Source: Nanopusillaceae archaeon
GTDB taxonomy: Archaea; Nanobdellota; Nanobdellia; Nanobdellales; Nanobdellaceae
Assembly (NCBI GenBank): GCA_049973735.1
Contig: JBMFJL010000022.1
Location: 1-8,759, forward strand
DNA: 8,759 nucleotides
Direction of reading: 5' to 3'
The notes beneath the pieces were generated by a model. The model saw nothing but the letters and a program-made list of their open reading frames with translations. It did no database searches and was not told the origin of the DNA. Below, in pieces: positions 1 through 6,459 of this stretch. Within the stretch, counting starts at the first letter, position 1; every line of letters begins with the position of its first letter. The position numbers were made by a program, and so were the translations under genes.

Positions 1-1
1 G

Positions 2-361
2 ATAATAAAATTTATCGGGTTTGTACAGGTACAACAACCAAATACAAATATTTCTTTAAATGATGATGATGGAGCCAATGTAGAATATTCGCAATTTCCT
101 ATGATAAATACAGGATTTTATAATTGGACAACAAATAATCCTATACAAATTATTCAAGCATTCCATCCAGTAGCAGGTCCTAATACTAATCTAATACCTG
201 TAGGAGATTATGCATTTGAGTATGATTATTATGAGGGTGCGACATGCGCGGCTACCAATCTATGGTCAAATAATCCAGTATATTATTATTCTCCAGCATT
301 TCCACCGAACGGAATTATGCCATCAATTTCTATTGGAAATATCAATAACTGGCCACCTTAA
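2..361 (+). CDS. 3' (C-terminal) fragment of a larger protein whose start lies upstream of the window; Asn/Pro/Tyr-rich, probable secreted or surface protein
   Basis: The frame of the listed 101..361 ORF stays open back to nt 2 with no stop (IIKFIGFVQVQQPNTNISLNDDDGANVEYSQFPMINTG...), so the Met at 101 is probably internal. Composition is rich in N, P, Y, G and poor in K/E, unlike every other protein here. Local G+C is visibly higher than the neighbours. I recognise no family motif. Confidence 0.5.
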   Translation: MIKFIGFVQVQQPNTNISLNDDDGANVEYSQFPMINTGFYNWTTNNPIQIIQAFHPVAGPNTNLIPVGDYAFEYDYYEGATCAATNLWSNNPVYYYSPAFPPNGIMPSISIGNINNWPP

Positions 362-1080
362 AATTCTCTACAATCCTGATACGGATACAATACAATATAA
401 AACCCTTTTGTAAAGTAATCTTTTCTTTTTGCCAACCTTGTTCTTATTATTTGTTTTTTGAATATCTTATTCAAGTAATTTAAACTATAATAAATTCCTA
501 AAACCTTATAAAAGGAGTAAATATGGTATCTATCAGGTACTTCATATCCTTTTCTTGCAAAAGAACCAATTAAAATATCTATATATTTCTTTTGAGCAAA
601 TTTAACAAATTCTATAGATGAATAAAATTTTTTCTTGTCATTTATCAGATCTTTAATGGAAAATAAAACTGCTTGTCTGTTATTTTTTAATCTTTTAATA
701 CTAACATAGCTAATTCCAAAAAATTTGTACCTTTCATTATATGAAATTGGATTTACAACACCATTATAGAAATATTTTGTCAAAATTTTTTCATTATAGT
801 CAAAATTTCTGCCTAAAATAAATACTAGATCATTGTAATATTTTTCAGAATAGAATAATTCATTGGCTAATTCTATAGATTTTTTTGGATCTTCATTGTC
901 AATTAATGCACAATAAAATAAATTTATTTTTTTAAAATATAATATGTTCTTAAGTTTAAAAAATCTCAAATCTTCTTTATTATTTACTTTATAACAAAAA
1001 ACAATATTTCTTATTTTATTTTTTAAATATTCTTCTAATAACTTTTCTTCGTTATCCTCAGGCAAACAAAAATCATACAT
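358..1080 (-). CDS. rnp3: Probable RNase P protein component 3 (Rpp30-like, TIM-barrel/PHP-like), highly diverged
   Basis: At 240 aa it is in the size range of archaeal Rpp30. The N-terminal MYDFCLP resembles the usual (F/Y)-D-L-x-V start. The segment NRQAVLFSIKDLI...FVKFAQKKYIDILIGSFARKGYEVPDRYHIYSFYKVLGI aligns by eye with the Pyrococcus Rpp30 region NVALGFSLRPLL...[37 protein letters not shown], which I recalled from memory. This is a motif-level match only. Confidence 0.5.
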   Translation of the reverse strand: MYDFCLPEDNEEKLLEEYLKNKIRNIVFCYKVNNKEDLRFFKLKNILYFKKINLFYCALIDNEDPKKSIELANELFYSEKYYNDLVFILGRNFDYNEKILTKYFYNGVVNPISYNERYKFFGISYVSIKRLKNNRQAVLFSIKDLINDKKKFYSSIEFVKFAQKKYIDILIGSFARKGYEVPDRYHIYSFYKVLGIYYSLNYLNKIFKKQIIRTRLAKRKDYFTKGFYIVLYPYQDCREF

Positions 1081-1111
1081 AAAAAAATATTATTAGTTAG
1101 CTTTATGATAT

Positions 1112-1297
1112 TTACTTTCTACTTACAGGTGTTCTTTTTTCTATTTGCAGATATTCTTCCCAGAATGGTTTGAGATGCTCTGCAATTAATTGTGGAACCC
1201 CCTCATAACCGCAGTCTAAACATATCCATCTATTGCTCTTTGCAAATAGTGGTACTATGTTGTTTGAATGACAGATTGGACATACATAGGTTGCCAT
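1112..1297 (-). CDS. Small (61 aa) zinc-ribbon protein of unknown function
   Basis: Two CxxC pairs (CPIC ... CLDC) spaced 15 residues apart form an N-terminal zinc ribbon, VCPICHSNNIVPLFAKSNRWICLDCGYEG, which resembles the TFIIB/TFS ribbon topology. A consensus TATA box sits about 27 nt upstream of its ATG. The C-terminal 30 aa are helical and charged. Confidence 0.6.
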   Translation of the reverse strand: MATYVCPICHSNNIVPLFAKSNRWICLDCGYEGVPQLIAEHLKPFWEEYLQIEKRTPVSRK

Positions 1298-1319
1298 AAG
1301 AAAATTAAATTCTTTGCTT

Positions 1320-1329
1320 TATTTAAATA
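1320..1329 (-). promoter_or_regulatory. TATA box (TTTAAATA within the palindromic TATTTAAATA) for the zinc-ribbon gene; implies a leaderless or near-leaderless mRNA
   Basis: On the minus strand TTTAAATA spans -30 to -23 relative to the A of the ATG at 1297. It matches the archaeal TATA consensus at the canonical distance from a TSS located at or near the start codon. Confidence 0.45.
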
Positions 1330-1358
1330 ATTCTTTATAAATGATGTTTAGCAATATA

Positions 1359-2075
1359 TCAAAACAATATTGATTTATATCTACCCCTCGATTCAACAAC
1401 TTTTAACCTCTTAAATATATCATCATATTTTTCTGGAAAACCTTCCTTATAACCTTCTAAAACAATGTCGAATTTATCCGATATTCTCCAATGATTTGAT
1501 CCAAATGTTTCTTTGAATAAATGTAAATCTACTGCGAAATCTTCTATTCTATTTGAGAAAAAACTTAATCCGAAGTCAATAAAATATATTTTACCATTTT
1601 TATATATTATATTTCCTGTAGTTATATCTCCATGAACTATTTTATTTTTATGTATCAGCCCTATATTCTTTCCAATTTCATATAATATTTTTTCATAATC
1701 TAGTTTCTCTAAATATTCTGAAAGTTTATAACCATCAATATACTCCATTATAATTATACCATTTTCATCATCGTAATATATTAACTCCGGTATGTTTATT
1801 ACATTTTTTAACTTATTCAATATCTTTCTTTCTATCCTAGTCCTATTTTTTCTAAATTCGTAATCTATAATTTCATTTCTATATTTTTTCTTGTATCTGT
1901 ATTTTAAAATTATTTTGTTTTCAATGTATTTAATACTAAATGGTTCTTTTATCTCTATTTCCATTTCTTTTAATATTTCTGGTGTAAAATTAAATATATA
2001 ATAATCTGATTTTTCTTCAGTTTCGATGAGATATATTTTAGCTTCAGCCCCATGACCAATCAAAGTAAATTTCAT
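1359..2075 (-). CDS. bud32: Bud32/PRPK-type atypical protein kinase, KEOPS complex subunit (tRNA t6A pathway)
   Basis: Motifs present: glycine loop GHGAEAKIY, lysine strand ILKYRYKKKYR, RTRIERKIL, catalytic loop VHGDITTGNIIY (the Bud32 hallmark HGDLTTSN) and FIDFGLS. The truncated C-lobe is typical of Bud32/RIO-like kinases. Confidence 0.8.
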   Translation of the reverse strand: MKFTLIGHGAEAKIYLIETEEKSDYYIFNFTPEILKEMEIEIKEPFSIKYIENKIILKYRYKKKYRNEIIDYEFRKNRTRIERKILNKLKNVINIPELIYYDDENGIIIMEYIDGYKLSEYLEKLDYEKILYEIGKNIGLIHKNKIVHGDITTGNIIYKNGKIYFIDFGLSFFSNRIEDFAVDLHLFKETFGSNHWRISDKFDIVLEGYKEGFPEKYDDIFKRLKVVESRGRYKSILF

Positions 2076-2080
2076 AATAA

Positions 2081-2106
2081 TTTTTAATAGACAAAGAACT
2101 TTTAAT
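2081..2106. promoter_or_regulatory. Two interleaved divergent TATA-like boxes in the 29-bp bud32/ORF172 spacer
   Basis: TTTTTAATA at 2081-2089 lies 22-30 nt upstream of the ATG at 2111 on the plus strand. On the minus strand ATTAAAAG (2099-2106) lies 24-31 nt upstream of the bud32 ATG at 2075. AT-rich background makes chance matches likely. Confidence 0.3.
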
Positions 2107-2623
2107 GATTATGGGTATAATCAGGTTAAAACCTGTGATGTTTAATGTTAGGCTAGGAAGTAGAGGACCTACAATACATAAAGAAACGCTTAATATTTTA
2201 AGAGATATGAGAAATAAGTTTGTATCGGATATAATAGAAAAAATAGCAAATGATAATAAAATAAATGGAAAAGAAGAAATTAGAAAAATTGTGATAAGCG
2301 AACTTTTGAGATATAATTATGAACTGCTTAATAATAGAGAGTTCATTGAAGAGTTTGTAGAATTAATAGACTTTGCTCTAAATACAATTATAAAAAAGCA
2401 TATACATAATAGGAAGTTTTTATTGGATATAGTAAATAAAATTATTGATATATCAGAAAGGCAAGATGTATTTAGAAAGAATATAAATGGAATGCTAGAG
2501 ATGGCGATTGGAGGTGATCATAGACTATTATATTACTATGATGAGCGAAGTGGAACAATGGTAATTTCTCATATCGCAAAACATGTAAGTAGCGGAAAAC
2601 TTAAAGTAATTGGATCCCTATAA
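2105..2623 (+). CDS. Hypothetical protein (172 aa) with a RelE/ParE-like C-terminal signature and a roughly 100-aa N-terminal helical extension
   Basis: C-terminal residues 129-160, GMLEMAIGGDHRLLYYYDERSGTMVISHIAKH, match the strand-turn-strand signature of the RelE/ParE superfamily (compare archaeal RelE ...ARLGDYRVIYSV..KVIKILKLKPR, from memory). The start is ambiguous: ATG at 2105, 2111 or 2138. I recognise no family for the N-terminal part. Confidence 0.5.
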   Translation: MIMGIIRLKPVMFNVRLGSRGPTIHKETLNILRDMRNKFVSDIIEKIANDNKINGKEEIRKIVISELLRYNYELLNNREFIEEFVELIDFALNTIIKKHIHNRKFLLDIVNKIIDISERQDVFRKNINGMLEMAIGGDHRLLYYYDERSGTMVISHIAKHVSSGKLKVIGSL

Positions 2624-2627
2624 AAAG
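2621..2627 (-). terminator. Possible oligo-T termination signal directly after the NTase-HEPN stop codon (minus strand CTTTTTA)
   Basis: The minus-strand sequence immediately 3' of the TAA at 2628-2630 is CTTTTTA. Archaeal RNAP terminates at oligo-dT runs. The run overlaps the stop codon of the convergent plus-strand ORF. Confidence 0.3.
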
Positions 2628-3383
2628 TTATTTAGAGAATTTTTCTTTTAATTTTTCTTTGTAAGATGAATAATTCTCGATGAATTCTTTAAATATATCA
2701 AAATCGATTTTATCTATTTCTTTATGCTCTATTTTTTTCATATAATTATATACATCCCTAAAATATTTCAATATCTCTTTATCCAATTTTTTATTACTTT
2801 TTATTTCCTCTAATTTTTCTATTATGTCTTCCGGTCCATATATTTTATATCCACTTTTTATTAGATAATATTGTGTAATTAATATTACTGAGTTATAAAA
2901 ACTTTCAAATGCTTTTATCATTAAAAAGTTTGAATAATTTAGTAATTCTTCTGATCTTCTTTTCATTGTTTCTAAATATTCTGCAGATGTTTTTATCATA
3001 CCATTTTCTAACATTTTTTTCAAAGTACCAAATATACCTGTTGGATCTATTATTGGAGTCCCCTTTCTAATTATATCTAAAACTAAAGGATCTCCATCAA
3101 TTACCATTGACCAAAATTTTGACAAAGTTAATGTTGTAGGATGTATTTTGCTATATTTTTCCTGTTTTAATATTTTATTTAAATTATCGAAATAAAATGT
3201 TATAGTTAAATTGGTTTCTCCAGCATAAATATCGTCAACTAAAATCAATATATCTACATCTGATTTTTGATTTTCCTTATTTGTAGCATAAGAACCAAAT
3301 AAAATTATCCCTTTTACAACACCATCAACCTTTTCAATTAATTCTTTTGAAAAATCTATTAATATATTAAATGTATCATTCAT
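2628..3383 (-). CDS. Minimal nucleotidyltransferase (Pol-beta superfamily, MNT-like) fused to a C-terminal HEPN-like helical domain
   Basis: The N-terminal GIILFGSYATNKENQKSDVDILILVDD carries the G-S ... D-x-D signature of minimal NTases. The C-terminal ~120 aa are predicted all-helical, and KYFRDVYNYMKKIEH resembles the conserved R-x(4-5)-[YH] helix of HEPN domains (KNTase-like architecture). Confidence 0.75.
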   Translation of the reverse strand: MNDTFNILIDFSKELIEKVDGVVKGIILFGSYATNKENQKSDVDILILVDDIYAGETNLTITFYFDNLNKILKQEKYSKIHPTTLTLSKFWSMVIDGDPLVLDIIRKGTPIIDPTGIFGTLKKMLENGMIKTSAEYLETMKRRSEELLNYSNFLMIKAFESFYNSVILITQYYLIKSGYKIYGPEDIIEKLEEIKSNKKLDKEILKYFRDVYNYMKKIEHKEIDKIDFDIFKEFIENYSSYKEKLKEKFSK

Positions 3384-3394
3384 AAAAATTATAT

Positions 3395-4810
3395 TTATTC
3401 TTGTAATTTTTTAATATTCCTGGTATGAAGTTCTCTTATATCATTAATATTTAGGTAAATAGTGGCTAATCTATCAATTCCCAAACCCCAAGCAATTACG
3501 GGATAGTCAATATCAAATTGTTTTAATAGTTCTTCTCTAAATACTCCAGCACCACCTATTTCTATCCACCCCAGTTTAGGATGCTCTGCATATACCTCTA
3601 CTGATGGTTCAGTGAATGGGAAGTATGCTGGGTAAAATTTTACATTTTTTGCCTTTCCAACATTTAAAACAAGATCTTCTATAATTCCTAATAGATCTAA
3701 GAAATTTAAATTATCATCTAGCACAATACCCTCTAATTGATTGAATTCAATAAAGTGTTTTGCATCTATAGTATCATATCTAAAAACCTTTTCTATTAGA
3801 AAATATTTACCTGGTTTTAAAGGATCTAATAGTGTTCTTGCCGATATTGCTGTATTATGAGAAATCATCATTGGTTTTTTCGCTATATAGTCATTATAAT
3901 CTCCAAAATATTTCATCTGTGTGTTTTTTACCTTTTCATATAATTCTTTTGGAAAATCTTCAATTTGATCTATATTTTTAATATAAAATGCGTCCATTAT
4001 CGATATATCTCCAGAAGGATGGTCTTGTGGGACAAATAGTACATCTAAGTCCCAAAAGTGTGATATTATCATATTATATTTTTCCATTTCTTTAAATCCC
4101 ATCGAGATAAGTTCTTCTCTTACCATATCTAGAAATTCCAAATATGGGTTATACCTTCCCATACTTTCCGGTTTTACATCTATTTTTATGTCGAATGGCC
4201 TGAATTTTTTATTTTTATATACCTTTTTATCGAGGATTTCCTTTGTTAGTACATCTATATATTCTTCCGGTTTGTATTCTTTTAGTATCTTTTTTCCCTC
4301 GTCATTTATCCTTGCAAAATAGTATACCACTTCCTTTTCTTTAATAATACCTTTTCTTCCTTTAAATAAATTAATAATATCTTCTGTATAATTACCAGAT
4401 TTAATTTTTTCCAGATATTTTTCATATGTTTCTATATCTTTAATAAATATCAATTTTTCATTTTCAATTTTTATAGCACCGTTTTTTCTGAGAAATCCAA
4501 TAGAATATGATAATTCATCTTCATTTAATATGTTTTTTGCTTCATCCATTTTTATCTCTTTTTTCTCTTTTAACAGGTTTAATAATCTTCTTTCCGGTAA
4601 TCCATTTACTAAATATTCTTCACCAAGTTTAGTTAAAACATATATTTTCTTTCTTTCTTCTTTTAAATCTATAAGACCTTTTTCTTTTAAAAAACCCAAG
4701 ATTCTCAGTACCTTAAATTTATCTAGATTTAGTTTTTCAGAAATATCTGTTAACTCTAAGTAATTATCCTCTAATACAGATAGTACATCATATTCTAATT
4801 TTGATATCAT
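3395..4810 (-). CDS. pheS: Phenylalanyl-tRNA synthetase alpha subunit, archaeal/eukaryal type
   Basis: Class II aaRS motifs FRYDTIDAKHFIEFNQLEGIV, GAGVFREELL and AWGLGIDRLA. The long N-terminal region is winged-helix-like, as in archaeal alpha subunits. At 471 aa. The start overlaps the pheT stop (ATGA). Confidence 0.95.
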   Translation of the reverse strand: MISKLEYDVLSVLEDNYLELTDISEKLNLDKFKVLRILGFLKEKGLIDLKEERKKIYVLTKLGEEYLVNGLPERRLLNLLKEKKEIKMDEAKNILNEDELSYSIGFLRKNGAIKIENEKLIFIKDIETYEKYLEKIKSGNYTEDIINLFKGRKGIIKEKEVVYYFARINDEGKKILKEYKPEEYIDVLTKEILDKKVYKNKKFRPFDIKIDVKPESMGRYNPYLEFLDMVREELISMGFKEMEKYNMIISHFWDLDVLFVPQDHPSGDISIMDAFYIKNIDQIEDFPKELYEKVKNTQMKYFGDYNDYIAKKPMMISHNTAISARTLLDPLKPGKYFLIEKVFRYDTIDAKHFIEFNQLEGIVLDDNLNFLDLLGIIEDLVLNVGKAKNVKFYPAYFPFTEPSVEVYAEHPKLGWIEIGGAGVFREELLKQFDIDYPVIAWGLGIDRLATIYLNINDIRELHTRNIKKLQE

Positions 4811-6459
4811 ACCTCAATATATTTGTATATCTTATTTAAATTTATTTCAAAGCCGGTTATAGGATAATTTATATTTAATTTTTCTAATATTATAGGATTT
4901 ATTTCTCCTATCCAACCAACCTTTTCATTATTTATATATATATCTCCCTGTCTTCCTTCAATTAAAAATTCATGCTTGGATTCGACAATATCATATTTTA
5001 GTTTTAATTCTTTCATTAATCTTTCCAATATTTTTTTAGAATCATTAATAGTTACTTTATAATCTGAATATACAGATAGTAAATGTGCTTCTTCTATTAT
5101 ATGTTTATTTTTAATATACGCAACCCTGTTTAATTCAAATATTTTTGCTGGAAAGCTAAGTTCATTAATATCAGATAAAAGCTGTAAAAAAGAAGTCATT
5201 AAAGAAACTCTTATGGAATTATAATTATTAGATATTGGGTTTACTATTTCTATTATTTCCCTGTCTTCTTTGAAAAATTCGTTTATATCTTTATTGGATA
5301 ACACTGGTGTATATATTTCTATATTTCCCATACTTACCATTATTTTTCTAATTTTATTCCAAATCTTTCTTTCTTTACTTATCTCCCCTTTTGTATACAA
5401 CTTTACTTTATTTGGTTTTAAATTATTATATCCATAGGCAACTAATATTTCTTCAACTATGTCATATTCAGATATAAGATCAAATCTGTAGTTAAGATAT
5501 TTTAATATAAGTTTATCGCCTTTTATTTCACCATCCAATCTTTTCATTCTTAAATAATCCAAAATCTCTTTTTCACTTAATTTTATTCCAAGATATTTCT
5601 TAATCTTATTATAGTCAAATTCTTTTTCTATTATTTTAATATCTGGAGTTCTCAATTTTTTATCTGGATAAATTATATTTACAGAGTAAATTTCTCCACC
5701 ATATTCATAAAGAGATAATGTAATTATATTTAAAGCAATTAAAACCTTACTTAAATCTGTTCCAGAAACATCTATGAATATGTTTCTAACATTTTCATTA
5801 AGTCTTCCTATAGTATTTGAATTTATTATAGGTGGCATAGATAACACATTATTTTTAGAGTCTACGAGTATTGGATACTTGTTATATTTATCAACAAGAT
5901 GCCTGTATTTTTTGCCTTGTTCAGTATTATCTAATATTTCTCTCAATGTCATTTCTTTATTGTATCCCAAAGGAACGAATTTTCTGTTCGGATCCTCTAA
6001 TTTAAAGTAAACTGGAAAATTGATTAAATCAAGATTATGTGTTCCTATAGCCACTTTTAGCCTATTTCTTCCAAAAGATCGAGATATTTTTTCTTGTAGT
6101 TGTATTAAATCGCTAAGTCTATCTTGATTTAATTTTATATTCTTTACTACGGCAGCTACAATATATGGTCTTACATTTAAAATTTCTTTATCTACTATTA
6201 AAGTGTATGTAGAATCTTTAACTTCAAACTTTGGTATTCCTTTTTCTATACCCAAAATACCTTTTAATTCTCTAGCTATACCATTTATACAATATAAATC
6301 TGGTCTGTTAAAATCCTTAATTTCTATTTTTGCAGTATTTCCACTTATTTCATCTAATTCGCATTTTATATTTAATAAATATTCGGATAATTCTTTTTCA
6401 GATAATACCTTTCCTATAGATTTAAATAATTCGCTTAGAGAAACTTCTATAACAGCCAT
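4807..6459 (-). CDS. pheT: Phenylalanyl-tRNA synthetase beta subunit, archaeal/eukaryal type
   Basis: The N-terminal B1-domain signature DFNRPDLYCINGIARELKGILG is present. The 550-aa length is typical of archaeal beta subunits. It is adjacent to pheS and translationally coupled to it. Confidence 0.93.
   Translation of the reverse strand: MAVIEVSLSELFKSIGKVLSEKELSEYLLNIKCELDEISGNTAKIEIKDFNRPDLYCINGIARELKGILGIEKGIPKFEVKDSTYTLIVDKEILNVRPYIVAAVVKNIKLNQDRLSDLIQLQEKISRSFGRNRLKVAIGTHNLDLINFPVYFKLEDPNRKFVPLGYNKEMTLREILDNTEQGKKYRHLVDKYNKYPILVDSKNNVLSMPPIINSNTIGRLNENVRNIFIDVSGTDLSKVLIALNIITLSLYEYGGEIYSVNIIYPDKKLRTPDIKIIEKEFDYNKIKKYLGIKLSEKEILDYLRMKRLDGEIKGDKLILKYLNYRFDLISEYDIVEEILVAYGYNNLKPNKVKLYTKGEISKERKIWNKIRKIMVSMGNIEIYTPVLSNKDINEFFKEDREIIEIVNPISNNYNSIRVSLMTSFLQLLSDINELSFPAKIFELNRVAYIKNKHIIEEAHLLSVYSDYKVTINDSKKILERLMKELKLKYDIVESKHEFLIEGRQGDIYINNEKVGWIGEINPIILEKLNINYPITGFEINLNKIYKYIEV

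Noticed and set aside
210-413. 67-aa plus-strand ORF overlapping the end of the first CDS in another frame
   Set aside because: It overlaps the longer open frame (2-361) and the convergent Rpp30-like gene. It has no motif and is low-complexity. This is most likely a chance ORF.
1112-1297. Assigning the zinc-ribbon protein to RpoP, Spt4, Nop10 or Rpp21
   Set aside because: It lacks the Nop10 P-x-x-F-S-P-x-D-x-Y motif. The ribbon is N-terminal, unlike Rpp21. The spacing and flanks do not match RpoP or Spt4 as I recall them. I left it unassigned.
2105-2623. Possibility that the ORF divergent from bud32 is the KEOPS subunit Cgi121 (similar size, similar MIxxGIR start)
   Set aside because: Beyond the first few residues I see no resemblance to the archaeal or yeast Cgi121 sequences I recall. 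The C-terminal strand-turn-strand motif fits RelE/ParE better. It remains worth a profile search.
4530-4763. 77-aa plus-strand ORF antisense to pheS
   Set aside because: It lies entirely inside a gene with unmistakable PheRS-alpha homology on the other strand. The Phe/Ser/Ile/Leu-rich translation is what the antisense of Lys/Glu/Asn-rich AT-rich coding sequence typically gives.
5774-6010. 78-aa plus-strand ORF antisense to pheT
   Set aside because: Same reasoning: it is embedded antisense in a confidently assigned gene, has F/L/S-rich low complexity, and has no plausible promoter or motif.
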